A stretch of 32,000 bases of DNA from an uncultured bacterium (GCA_963699255.1 OY969425.1:120001-152000); one strand, 5' to 3'; counted from the first letter of the stretch, positions 16,868 through 26,664 are shown. Numbers and translations: made by a program. The notes: a model not told the origin generated them from the letters alone.

Positions 16868-19024
16868 ATGAAAAAAATTAATTTTTTGTTCGGGATACAC
16901 TGCCATCAGCCTGTCGGGAATTTCCCCAAAGTGATAAGTGAAGCGTATTATGATTCGTACCTTCCTTTCATCGAGATGATGGAAGCTCACCCGACCATCC
17001 GCTTCACGGCTCATTACAGCGGGATCCTTTATGAATGGTTCGCCCAAAACCATCCTGAGTTCCTCGATAAGCTGAAGCTCCTCGTCAAGAGGGGGCAGCT
17101 TGAGGTAATGGCCGGAGGCTTCTATGAGCCGATCCTGGCGATCATTCCTGATGACGACAAGCTAGGCCAGATCGAGTCGGAGAGGGAATTCATAAAAAAG
17201 AACTTCCTTATGTCTCCCAGAGGGCTCTGGCTTACCGAACGCATCTGGGAGCCCCACATGGCAAAACCGCTGAACCTTGCAAAGGTCGAGTATATCACTG
17301 TAGATGATTATCATTTCATTTCGGCCGGCGCGGATGAAAAGGACCTTTTCGGCTATTACGTGACGGAGGAAGAAGGATACAGGCTGAACGTTTTCCCCAT
17401 AAGCAAGCATCTTCGTTATCTTGTGCCTTTCAAGATGCCTGGTGAAACAATTGAATATTTGAAAAGTATCGGTACGGAGGAAGGTGAGCGTGCGGCCGTA
17501 CTTGCTGATGATGGAGAAAAATTCGGCGTCTGGCCGGGCACTCACAAGTGGGTTTACGAGGACAAGTGGCTTGATAACTTCCTGAAGGCGCTTGAAGATG
17601 ACCGCGAAGCGATAAGGACAATGACATTCTCCGAGTACCTGGATGAGCACCGTCCGGCCGGCAAGATATATCTACCCACGGCTTCATATGCCGAGATGAT
17701 GGAATGGGCGCTTCCTGTGAAAGCAGGCCTGAAATACGAAAAAATGATCGAGGAGCTCAAGTCTTTCGGAAAATATGACGAATATAAGCAATTCATACGG
17801 GGAGGGTTTTTCAGGAATTTTTTCGCCAAATATTCAGAAAGCAACGATATGCACAAGAAAATGCTCTATGTGAGTGAAAAAATAGCCACACTGGGGAAAG
17901 GCAAAAAACTGGGGTTGTCGTCGGAGGGCCGAGAGGAAAAGATCCGCCTTGCAAAGCAAAGCCTGTGGAAAGGGCAGTGCAATGACGCATACTGGCATGG
18001 GGTTTTCGGCGGGCTTTATCTTAATTATTTGCGGCACGCGGTGTATGAGAACCTGATCGCTGCTGAAGTTGAGGTTGATAAGCTGGCTTACGGGGACCAG
18101 AAATTCATAGAGATCCGAACGTTCGATTTCGACAGGGACGGGGCCGATGAGATATTGGTATCCAATGACATGCTTAACTGTTATTTCAGCCCTTCATACG
18201 GAGGATGTCTATTTGAGCTTGATTACCGTCCAAAGAGCTTCAATCTTTTGAACGGACTGACAAGAAGAGAAGAAGTGTACCACGGGAAAGTCAGGATGGC
18301 GGCGGAGTCTAAGCCGGAGGAGGGGGTTGGCAGCATCCATGACATCGTAAAAACAAAGGAGACCGGCCTTGAAGATTATCTTGTTTATGACCGGCACAGG
18401 CGCCTCAGTCTTCAAGATCATTTTATGCCGATCGATACTCAGCTGTCCGACTTCATGAAAGTAAAATATAAGGAAACGGGCGATTTCGTGTCAGAGCCGT
18501 ACGCCCCGATGGTCAAGAAAACCAGCAGCGAGATAGAATTGAAGCTCAAGAGGAAAGGCATTGTTTATATGGGAAATAAGGCGCTGCCGGTCGAGATCAT
18601 AAAAACAGTGTCGATATTAAAAGGACAATCTCTTATTAATATCTATTATGAGATATCCAACCTGTCCCAGGAAGTTTTGGATGCCGTCTTTGGCGTCGAA
18701 TTTAATTTTTCCCTGCTCGCTGGGGATGCTCCGGACAGATATTATGTTTTTCCAGGCCAAAATTTGAGCGACAGGAGACTGGCGAGCATAGGGGAGATTG
18801 AAGGCTGTTCAAATCTAAATATTGTTGACGAGTGGAAAGGGTTTGGTGTATCATTACAAACTGGTTGCTTGGACAGGGTCTGGAGATTTCCTATCGAGAC
18901 GGTTTCCCAGTCAGAAGCAGGTTTTGAAAGGACTTACCAGAGCTCCCTGGTCATGCCGAATAAAAGAATAATGATCGAACCCGGGGGTAAATGGGCTAAC
19001 AGTTTGAGGGTTTTAATAGAATGA
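16868..19024 (+). CDS. GH57 family alpha-amylase/4-alpha-glucanotransferase-like enzyme
   Basis: LFGIHCHQPVGNF, GGFYEPILAIIPDDDKLGQIE, SPRGLWLTERIWEPHM, VDDYHF, FGVWPGTHKWVY, then a C-terminal beta-rich domain (LQDHFMPIDTQL), as in Thermococcus-type 4-alpha-glucanotransferases. Confidence 0.9.
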   Translation: MKKINFLFGIHCHQPVGNFPKVISEAYYDSYLPFIEMMEAHPTIRFTAHYSGILYEWFAQNHPEFLDKLKLLVKRGQLEVMAGGFYEPILAIIPDDDKLGQIESEREFIKKNFLMSPRGLWLTERIWEPHMAKPLNLAKVEYITVDDYHFISAGADEKDLFGYYVTEEEGYRLNVFPISKHLRYLVPFKMPGETIEYLKSIGTEEGERAAVLADDGEKFGVWPGTHKWVYEDKWLDNFLKALEDDREAIRTMTFSEYLDEHRPAGKIYLPTASYAEMMEWALPVKAGLKYEKMIEELKSFGKYDEYKQFIRGGFFRNFFAKYSESNDMHKKMLYVSEKIATLGKGKKLGLSSEGREEKIRLAKQSLWKGQCNDAYWHGVFGGLYLNYLRHAVYENLIAAEVEVDKLAYGDQKFIEIRTFDFDRDGADEILVSNDMLNCYFSPSYGGCLFELDYRPKSFNLLNGLTRREEVYHGKVRMAAESKPEEGVGSIHDIVKTKETGLEDYLVYDRHRRLSLQDHFMPIDTQLSDFMKVKYKETGDFVSEPYAPMVKKTSSEIELKLKRKGIVYMGNKALPVEIIKTVSILKGQSLINIYYEISNLSQEVLDAVFGVEFNFSLLAGDAPDRYYVFPGQNLSDRRLASIGEIEGCSNLNIVDEWKGFGVSLQTGCLDRVWRFPIETVSQSEAGFERTYQSSLVMPNKRIMIEPGGKWANSLRVLIE

Positions 19025-19033
19025 GGGGATTTG

Positions 19034-20068
19034 ATGCCAGAACTTAGAAAAGATCCGATATCGGACAGATGGGTCATTATCGCCACGGAGCGCGGAAGGC
19101 GTCCTTCCGATTTCAAGGAGGGAGGGGCCGGTAAGGTAACCGAGGGCAAGTATTGCCCTTTCTGTGAGGGGCAGGAGGCTAATACTCCAAGGGAAATAGT
19201 CGCCTGGAGAAGACCAGGCACGGAGCCGAACAAGCCGGGGTGGTCGGTAAGGGTTATCCCTAACAAATTTCCTGCTTTGGTGTGCGAGGGCGAAGTTAAC
19301 AGGACGGGAATAGGCATATTTGACATGATGAGCGGGATAGGCGCTCACGAGGTCATACTTGAAACACCGAAGCATGCCGAGAGTCTGGCTGAAATGGAAG
19401 AGACCCACATTGACAAGATCCTGTGGGCATACAAGAACAGGATCGCGGACCTTGAAAAAGATAAAAGGTTCAGGTATGTGCTTGTTTTCAAGAATTACGG
19501 AGAGGCGGCTGGCGCGTCGCTTGAGCACGCGCACTCGCAGCTTATAGCAACGCCGATAACCCCGAGGTACATAAAACTTGAGCTGACGGGAGCGAGAGGG
19601 TACTATCACGAAAAAGAGCGCTGCATATTCTGTGACATGATCAGGCAGGAAATGGGCGACGGGACCCGCATAGTTTCGGAGAATGAGTATTTCGTGAGTT
19701 TCACGCCTTTCGCATCAAGATTCCCTTTTGAATTATGGATACTTCCGAGGCGCCACCAGCATGACTTTTCGATCATCACTGACGAGGAGCGCATCCAGCT
19801 TGCCAGACTGTTAAAGGAAACCATGGTAAGACTGAAAAAGTGTTTGAACGATCCGCCGTATAATTATATGATACACACGTCACCGAATCCCGTGCTCAGG
19901 GCTGGTAAACCCGATTACTGGGGGACGGTCCAGTATGACTTTCACTGGCACATTGAGATCATACCAAGGTTGACCAAGGTCGCGGGATTTGAATGGGGAA
20001 CCGGCCTTTATATTTGCCCGACCCCTCCGGAAGAAGCGGCGAAATATCTAAGAGAGATCAAAATATAG
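19034..20068 (+). CDS. galT: Galactose-1-phosphate uridylyltransferase-family (HIT-superfamily) protein
   Basis: PELRKDPISDRWVIIATERGRRP, YCPFCEG zinc-type CxxC, VRVIPNKFPAL, GAHEVILETPKH, LEHAHSQLIATP. ATG at 19034 preferred over TTG 19031. Confidence 0.9.
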   Translation: MPELRKDPISDRWVIIATERGRRPSDFKEGGAGKVTEGKYCPFCEGQEANTPREIVAWRRPGTEPNKPGWSVRVIPNKFPALVCEGEVNRTGIGIFDMMSGIGAHEVILETPKHAESLAEMEETHIDKILWAYKNRIADLEKDKRFRYVLVFKNYGEAAGASLEHAHSQLIATPITPRYIKLELTGARGYYHEKERCIFCDMIRQEMGDGTRIVSENEYFVSFTPFASRFPFELWILPRRHQHDFSIITDEERIQLARLLKETMVRLKKCLNDPPYNYMIHTSPNPVLRAGKPDYWGTVQYDFHWHIEIIPRLTKVAGFEWGTGLYICPTPPEEAAKYLREIKI

Positions 20069-20069
20069 C

Positions 20070-20453
20070 ATGAGAAAATCGCGAAAACGGTCTAGGGGTA
20101 TGAGCATGGGTTTTCTGTCACTTAAGGCTTTTTTGATGAGAAAAATCGATAAAAAGGGAGGTGTCAAAAAAAATATGGCGACCAGCAGCAAAAGACGTCT
20201 TGTTAAGATCAATTTCAAAGCCCCCATGGGATGCAAAGAAGTGAAAATAGCCGGCGATTTTACGGATTGGGATAAAGGCGCGATTTATATGTCTAAATCG
20301 GGGCGCAACGGAGCATGGACGGCTTCAGTAAGGGTAGAGCCTGGGATGCATCAATACAGGTTCCTGCTTGATGGCAATTGGTACACAGATCCATCTACTG
20401 AGCATGTTATCACTCCTTTTGGCAGTGAAAATTCAGTTTTAAGAGTCAATTAG
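20070..20453 (+). CDS. Small glycogen-binding-domain protein (CBM48/AMPK-beta-like E-set domain)
   Basis: VKINFKAPMGCKEVKIAGDFTDWDKGAIYMSKSGRNGAWTASVRVEPGMHQYRFLLDGNWYTDPSTEHVITPFGSENSVLRVN. The start is uncertain; ATG 20175 follows a GGGAGG sequence. Confidence 0.85.
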   Translation: MRKSRKRSRGMSMGFLSLKAFLMRKIDKKGGVKKNMATSSKRRLVKINFKAPMGCKEVKIAGDFTDWDKGAIYMSKSGRNGAWTASVRVEPGMHQYRFLLDGNWYTDPSTEHVITPFGSENSVLRVN

Positions 20454-20460
20454 GATCCGC

Positions 20461-21114
20461 ATGCCAAAAACTAAAAAAGTCAAAATCGAGCGTGGTGGTG
20501 CGCTGAAGCATGAGGAGGAGCTTGTTGAAGAGAGCAAGTTTTTCGTCCCTCCTTATGCCAGTACGCCTGGGCAAAGGAAGGAATTTGACTTTCCTCACTC
20601 TTATGGAGACACAAAGATAGTCCTTATTGTCAGAGACCCTCACTGGATCTACACATATTGGGAGATCACGGAAAACAAATATAAAGAAGCCGCGAACGCT
20701 CTGGGAAGCGATTTCAACGGCGCAAAAGAGACCCTCAGGGTATATGATACTTCATCGAGACAATGGAAAAGCTTTGACATAACAGTTTCTTACGGGGCGA
20801 GGAACTGGTATATCAATGTGCCCGAGGCCAACCGCACATATGTTGTTGATATCGGTTTTTTGTCCCCTGACGGTAGATTTATCGTTATGGCACGGTCGAA
20901 TGCCGTTACTACCCCGAGGGATGCGATGTCCGAAGTCATCGATGAAGAATGGATGACCGTGGATTTTGAACGTATCTACGCCATTTCCGGAGGATTCGGA
21001 ATCGGAAAAAGCTCCGGGGAGATCCGGGAACTTATGAAAAAGCATCTGTTCGAACTCAAGGCTTCGGGTTGGTTAGCATCTTCAAGCAGTCCCGTCGGCC
21101 GCCGCCCAAAATAA
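20461..21114 (+). CDS. DUF4912 domain-containing protein
   Basis: KIVLIVRDPHWIYTYWEITENKY, LRVYDTS, ARNWYINVPEANRTYVVDIGFLSPDGRFIVMARSNAVTTPR pattern of DUF4912 proteins. Confidence 0.8.
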   Translation: MPKTKKVKIERGGALKHEEELVEESKFFVPPYASTPGQRKEFDFPHSYGDTKIVLIVRDPHWIYTYWEITENKYKEAANALGSDFNGAKETLRVYDTSSRQWKSFDITVSYGARNWYINVPEANRTYVVDIGFLSPDGRFIVMARSNAVTTPRDAMSEVIDEEWMTVDFERIYAISGGFGIGKSSGEIRELMKKHLFELKASGWLASSSSPVGRRPK

Positions 21115-21126
21115 CAGGACCTTCTT

Positions 21127-22719
21127 ATGGAGAAAGGATATTTATCTCTAATTCTGCATGCGCATCTTCCATATGTGCGACATCCGGAGTATGAGGAATT
21201 CCTGGAAGAAGACTGGCTCTATGAAGCAATAACAGAAACATACATCCCGCTTATTGACACTTTTGAAAACCTCATAAATGACGGAGTAAAGTTCAAGATC
21301 ACGATCTCCCTTTCTCCAACGCTTATATCGATGTTCGCCGATGAGCTATTACAAGATAGATATATAAAACACATTGAAAGTTTGATCGAGCTGGCCGGGC
21401 GCGAATGCGAGAGAACAAAGGGTCAGCCCGAATATAGCGAACTCGCGAAGATGTACCTTGATAAGTTCAAGAACGCAAGATATATGTTCATTGAAAAATA
21501 TCACAGGAACCTGATAAATGCTTTCAGGATGCTGAATGATTCGGGTTCTGTGGAGGTCATAACCTGCGGGGCCACTCACGGATACCTGCCTCTTTTTGAG
21601 ATCAATAAAAAGGCCGTTCGAGCTCAAATAAAGGCCGCCGTGGACTGTTTCAAGAAGCATTTCGGCAAAATACCGAACGGAATGTGGCTTCCCGAATGCG
21701 GATATAATCCGCCGGACGACAAATATCTGGCGGAATTCGGGGTTAAATATTTCTTTGTCGATACCCACGGGATACTTCACGGATCTCCAAGGCCGAAATA
21801 CGGGGTCTTTGCTCCCGTATACTGCAGGAGCGGCGTTGCGGCTTTCGGCAGGGATGTGGAATCGTCCCGTGCTGTCTGGAGCGCCGAGGAAGGATACCCC
21901 GGAGATTATAATTACAGGGAATTTTACAGGGACATCGGCTTTGACCTGGACTATGAATATATTAAACCCTATATCCATATTGACGGTACCAGGGTAAATA
22001 CGGGGATCAAGTATTATAAGATCACAGGCAGGACCAATGATAAGGCCCCTTATAATGCGAGGGCCGCGGCTGAAAAGGCGGCGGAGCACGCCGGCAATTT
22101 CATGTTCAACAGGCAAAAGCAGATAGAACATATACACGGCGTCATCGGCAAGAAACCGATAGTAATTTCACCCTATGATGCCGAACTTTACGGGCACTGG
22201 TGGTATGAGGGGCCTCTGTGGCTTAATTATCTGCTCAGGAAGATCAGCTTTGATCAGGATACGATCAGGCTTATTACTCCGTCGCAATATCTAAAAGAAA
22301 ATCCGAAGAATCAGGCCTTAACGCCTTCGATGTCCTCATGGGGATGGAAGGGCTACAGCGAGGTCTGGCTGGAGGGATCAAATGATTGGATCTACAGGCA
22401 TATCCATAAAGCACAGGAAAGGATGATCGAACTTGCCGCGTCGCATCACAAAGCGTCCGGTATCAGGGAGAGAGCGCTGAACCAGGCGGCAAGAGAGCTT
22501 ATGCTGCTTGAGGCGAGCGACTGGCCTTTTATCATGAAAACCGGAACGGTCGTTCCGTATGCCGTAAAACGGATCAAGGATCATCTTGAAAGATTTACAA
22601 GACTGTACGAGGACATTAGCTCGAATTCAATTGATGAAAAATGGCTTTCTGATATAGAATACCGGGATAACTTATTTCCGGAGATCGATTTCAGGGTGTA
22701 TAGCGGGGAGAAAACATGA
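21127..22719 (+). CDS. GH57 1,4-alpha-glucan branching enzyme
   Basis: LILHAHLPYVRHPE, LWLPECGYNP-type GMWLPECGYNPPDDKYLAEFGVKYFFVDTHG, FSPYDAELYGHWW-type SPYDAELYGHWWYEGP, SSWGWKGYSEVWLEGSNDWIYRH, C-terminal helical domain (DUF1957-like). Confidence 0.93.
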   Translation: MEKGYLSLILHAHLPYVRHPEYEEFLEEDWLYEAITETYIPLIDTFENLINDGVKFKITISLSPTLISMFADELLQDRYIKHIESLIELAGRECERTKGQPEYSELAKMYLDKFKNARYMFIEKYHRNLINAFRMLNDSGSVEVITCGATHGYLPLFEINKKAVRAQIKAAVDCFKKHFGKIPNGMWLPECGYNPPDDKYLAEFGVKYFFVDTHGILHGSPRPKYGVFAPVYCRSGVAAFGRDVESSRAVWSAEEGYPGDYNYREFYRDIGFDLDYEYIKPYIHIDGTRVNTGIKYYKITGRTNDKAPYNARAAAEKAAEHAGNFMFNRQKQIEHIHGVIGKKPIVISPYDAELYGHWWYEGPLWLNYLLRKISFDQDTIRLITPSQYLKENPKNQALTPSMSSWGWKGYSEVWLEGSNDWIYRHIHKAQERMIELAASHHKASGIRERALNQAARELMLLEASDWPFIMKTGTVVPYAVKRIKDHLERFTRLYEDISSNSIDEKWLSDIEYRDNLFPEIDFRVYSGEKT

Positions 22720-25202
22720 AGGCAGCGATACTGGCAGGCGGGATGGGGACGAGGATGCATCCGCTTACCTGCGACATACCAAAACCAATGCTTCCATTTG
22801 CCAATAAGCCGATCATGGCTCACACGGTGGAACTTCTTGCCCGGAACGGCATCACCGATATCGTTGCGATACTATATCATCAGCCCGAAGCGATAATGAA
22901 CTACTTTGGCGACGGAAGCTCGTTCGGAGTAAAGATGAAGTATATTATTGCATCGCGGGACCTAGGGACCGCGGGCGCGGTCAAATACGCCGAGCAGGTG
23001 CTTGACGAGACTTTTCTGGTCATATCCGCTGACATATTTTGCGATTTCAACCTTCAGGACCTCATAGAATTCCACAGGAGCAAAAAAGCGCTTGTTACCG
23101 TGACGCTTTCCCGCGTTGACAACCCGCTGCCTTACGGGATAGTCGTCACTAACGGCGACGGCAGGGTGAAACATTTCCTCGAAAAACCCTCCTGGGGAGA
23201 GGTCATTACAGATACCATAAATACCGGGATCTATGTCGTAAGCCCCATTGCCATGCGCAGCGTTCCCGACGGGAAGGAATTCGATTTCAGCAAAGATCTT
23301 TTCCCGAAGCTGCTTGAAGCAAGAGAGCCGATCTACGGATATACAGCCGAAGGATACTGGAAGGATATAGGAGGGATCGACGAATACGGAGCCAGCCATA
23401 GGGACATAGTTACGGGAAAGCTAAAGCTTGATAGCAGGAAATTCGGCTCAAATGTAAGGATCTCTCCGTCCGCGAAACTTATAGGACTTGTGATGCTGGA
23501 TGACGGAAGCATTGTTGGCGATGATGTGGTGATCGAGAATTCCGTGATAGGGAAGAATTGCGAGATATCCCGCGGATCAAGGATAGTTGAAAGCATCATA
23601 TGGGATAATGTGAAGATCGAAAAAGAAGGTAATATCAACAGATCGATCATCGCATCAAACTCTGTGATAGGTGAGAGGGCGATGCTTGAAGAAGGGTCGG
23701 TCGTGGCAAGCAACTGCACGTTCGGGCCTGATACCCATGTTAAACCTTACGTTAAGATATGGCCTGGCAAGAAGGTCGAAGAGGGTTCCACCGTATCCAC
23801 GAGCATAGTCTGGAGAGAACGCTGGACAAAAAAGATATTCGGCGCTTACGGTGTCACGGGCATCTGCAACATTGAGATAACCCCTGAGTTCGCCGCTACC
23901 CTTGGCGCGGCGTATGGTTATATGCTTGGGAAGGGAAGCCGCATAACTACCAGCAGGGACTGCCACAAAGCATCACGAATGATATACAGAGCTTTGATCT
24001 CCGGCGTTCTTTCCGCAGGGGTTAACGTCTCGGACCTTGAAATGGTGCCGGTACCCATAAACAGGTACGAACTAAAAGCGCTGCAGAGCAGCGGCGGTTT
24101 CCACGTGAGAAAATCACCTTTTGACCCGACCGTTCTCGATCTTAAGTTCTTTGATTCCGACGGAATGGACCTGCCCGCAGGGAAGGAAAAAATGGTGGAG
24201 AGGCTGTTCTTCGGAGAAGATTTTCAGAGAGCGCCCATAGACGAGACCGGCGAGCTTAGCTTCCCGTTTTACAGGATTGCAGAGCAATATAAGGAAGGAT
24301 TCCTGAATTTTGTCGACAAAAAATCATTATTGGGCAGGAGATTTAATTTTGTCGTAGATTATGCTTACGGAAGCACTTCCCAGATATTCCCTTCGATCCT
24401 CGGGGAATTCGGTTGTGATGCCGTTGCGATCAACGCTCACGTCGACGAAGCAAAGATCACGAAAACCAGGGAGGAATTCGAACAGTCGCTGACCCGGTTG
24501 TCGCAGATAGTCATGACGCTGAAGTGCGATTTTGGCATCATGTTCGATGCGGGCGGAGAAAAGATATTCCTGGTTGATGAAGGGGGACATATACTTTCGG
24601 GCGACGCCACCCTTGCTCTAATGGCTTTGCTCAGCCTCAAACACAACCCCAAAAAGGTGATAGCAACTCCCGTGACAAGTTCAAGGGTCATGGAGGAGAT
24701 CGCGCGCAGCTTCGGCGGCAGTGTGATCAGGACCAGGACAAGTGCAAGGGCCTTAACGGAGGCGGCACTCAACAGCGACGTATCTTTCGTGGGGGAGCGT
24801 CTCGGCGGATGCATTTTCCCGAAATTCCAGACATCGTTCGATTCGATGCTTTCAACGGCGAAACTGCTTGAATATCTATGCAAGGAAGACTGCCCCATCA
24901 GCTCCATATTGAATGATATCCCAAGGACATACCTGACAAAGCTGGAAATCAGGTGCCCTGCTCATCTTAAAGGGAGAGTAATGAGATCCGTCATTGAAGA
25001 AACCGGGGATAATCCAGTTGAATTGATAGATGGAGTGAAGGTATACTATAAAAAAGATTGGGTGCTTGTTCTGCCGCATGCGGATTCTCCTTCCATTATT
25101 GTGGAAGTCGAAGCGTCCGATGAAGGCACGGCAAAAAAGCTGCTTGATGTTTATGTGGCCAAAATAAGGGATGTGTGTTCCATAGAAGGGGGTAACGGGT
25201 GA
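22716..25202 (+). CDS. Sugar-phosphate nucleotidyltransferase fused to left-handed beta-helix and a divergent phosphomannomutase/phosphoglucomutase-like domain
   Basis: MKAAILAGGMGTRMHPLTCDIPKPMLPFANKPI, LGTAGAV, hexapeptide repeats 330-360ish (IGSNVRISP..IGENSVIG type), then ALISGVLSAGVNVSDLEMVPVPINRYELKALQSSGGFHVRKSPFDP. ATGA overlap with the branching enzyme gene. Confidence 0.9.
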   Translation: MKAAILAGGMGTRMHPLTCDIPKPMLPFANKPIMAHTVELLARNGITDIVAILYHQPEAIMNYFGDGSSFGVKMKYIIASRDLGTAGAVKYAEQVLDETFLVISADIFCDFNLQDLIEFHRSKKALVTVTLSRVDNPLPYGIVVTNGDGRVKHFLEKPSWGEVITDTINTGIYVVSPIAMRSVPDGKEFDFSKDLFPKLLEAREPIYGYTAEGYWKDIGGIDEYGASHRDIVTGKLKLDSRKFGSNVRISPSAKLIGLVMLDDGSIVGDDVVIENSVIGKNCEISRGSRIVESIIWDNVKIEKEGNINRSIIASNSVIGERAMLEEGSVVASNCTFGPDTHVKPYVKIWPGKKVEEGSTVSTSIVWRERWTKKIFGAYGVTGICNIEITPEFAATLGAAYGYMLGKGSRITTSRDCHKASRMIYRALISGVLSAGVNVSDLEMVPVPINRYELKALQSSGGFHVRKSPFDPTVLDLKFFDSDGMDLPAGKEKMVERLFFGEDFQRAPIDETGELSFPFYRIAEQYKEGFLNFVDKKSLLGRRFNFVVDYAYGSTSQIFPSILGEFGCDAVAINAHVDEAKITKTREEFEQSLTRLSQIVMTLKCDFGIMFDAGGEKIFLVDEGGHILSGDATLALMALLSLKHNPKKVIATPVTSSRVMEEIARSFGGSVIRTRTSARALTEAALNSDVSFVGERLGGCIFPKFQTSFDSMLSTAKLLEYLCKEDCPISSILNDIPRTYLTKLEIRCPAHLKGRVMRSVIEETGDNPVELIDGVKVYYKKDWVLVLPHADSPSIIVEVEASDEGTAKKLLDVYVAKIRDVCSIEGGNG

Positions 25203-26644
25203 AGATATTAATAGCATCTCCGGAGGTAGTGCCTTTTGCGAAAACGGGTGGGCTTGCCGATGTTGCGGGAGCGCTTCCAAAAGCCTTGAGCGCTTTAGGC
25301 CATGATGTGAAGGTCGTGCTTCCGAAATACAAGATGGTGGATGATAGAAAATTCGAGCTTTTTAAGATCTACAGCGAGATAAAGGTCCCGGTATTGGATC
25401 GTTTCGAGCTTGCCGATGTGTATGAAGGGACGATCCCAGGGACGGATGTTGCCGTTTATTTTATTGCGAGTGATAAATATTTCGGCAGGGACGGGTTGTA
25501 TCAGAACAAAGGGGTGGATTACCCCGACAATTGCGAAAGATTCACTTTTTATTCAAGGGCCGTGCTCGAGTTCCTTAAAAAAACGGAATGGAAACCGGAT
25601 ATAATCCACAGCAACGACTGGCAGAGCGCTCTAATCTTAATGTATGTCAAGACCCTGTATAAGAACGATCCGTTCTATTCAAATGTTGCGACCGTTTATT
25701 CCATCCATAACATGGGATATCAGGGGACATTCCCTGCCCAGCAGCTGCCGATCACCGGGCTCGGCTGGGAATACTTTAATCCGGAATCTCTGGAGTTCTA
25801 CGGCAAGATCGCCCTGACGAAAGCCGGATTTGTTTATGCGGACGTGATAAACACTGTTTCGCCGCAATACAGCCGTGAGATCCAAACCTCCGAGTTCGGT
25901 TACGGGCTGGAGGGGCTTTTGCAGGCAAGATCAAGAGATGTTTACGGGATAGTGAACGGCATTGACTATGAACTCTGGAACCCGTTACTTGACCCTTATA
26001 TCGCTAAAAAATACAGTCCCCGCACGATAGCTCTGAAGACTGAAAATAAGGCGGCGCTTCAACAAAAGAACGGCCTTCCCCAGGTAGATGTTCCTCTAAT
26101 AGGCATAATATCAAGGCTCGCCGATCAAAAGGGCTTTGATATCCTGGCGGAGGACATAGAGAACATAATGCAGCTTAATCTGCAGATCGTTCTTCTCGGG
26201 ACGGGAGAACCGAAATATCACGAGCTTTTCCTCGCAATGAAAAGCAAATATCCCAAGCACATAGGCGTTAATCTTGGGTTTGACGCGGCGCTTGCGCAGC
26301 TTATCTATGCCGGATCGGACATGTTCCTTATGCCGTCCAGATATGAGCCCTGCGGGCTGGGTCAGCTTATAAGTTATAAATACGGCACCGTCCCTGTAGT
26401 CAGGAGAACGGGAGGGCTTGCCGATACCGTGATCGACGGCAAAACAGGTTTTGTTTTTGAAGAATACACATCTGCCGCCCTTCACGATGCCATAAAAAGA
26501 GCGATAGAGGCTTATAAAAACAAGAAGGAATGGAAGAAACTGGTGGTCAATGATATGGGGCTTGATTATTCCTGGAATGCATCCGCCAGGAAATACGTTG
26601 AGCTTTATGAAAAGGCATTGGATAAGGTCCTGGTCAAGGTTTAG
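25199..26644 (+). CDS. glgA: Glycogen synthase (GT5), GTG start
   Basis: MKILIASPEVVPFAKTGGLADVAGALPKAL, HSNDWQSALI, SIHNMGYQGTFP, NIVNGIDYELWNP-type GIVNGIDYELWNP, SRLADQKGFDI, MPSRYEPCGLGQL, RRTGGLADTV. GTGA overlap with the previous gene. Confidence 0.97.
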   Translation: MKILIASPEVVPFAKTGGLADVAGALPKALSALGHDVKVVLPKYKMVDDRKFELFKIYSEIKVPVLDRFELADVYEGTIPGTDVAVYFIASDKYFGRDGLYQNKGVDYPDNCERFTFYSRAVLEFLKKTEWKPDIIHSNDWQSALILMYVKTLYKNDPFYSNVATVYSIHNMGYQGTFPAQQLPITGLGWEYFNPESLEFYGKIALTKAGFVYADVINTVSPQYSREIQTSEFGYGLEGLLQARSRDVYGIVNGIDYELWNPLLDPYIAKKYSPRTIALKTENKAALQQKNGLPQVDVPLIGIISRLADQKGFDILAEDIENIMQLNLQIVLLGTGEPKYHELFLAMKSKYPKHIGVNLGFDAALAQLIYAGSDMFLMPSRYEPCGLGQLISYKYGTVPVVRRTGGLADTVIDGKTGFVFEEYTSAALHDAIKRAIEAYKNKKEWKKLVVNDMGLDYSWNASARKYVELYEKALDKVLVKV

Positions 26645-26664
26645 TTGCAGACCTCGCCCCCTTG

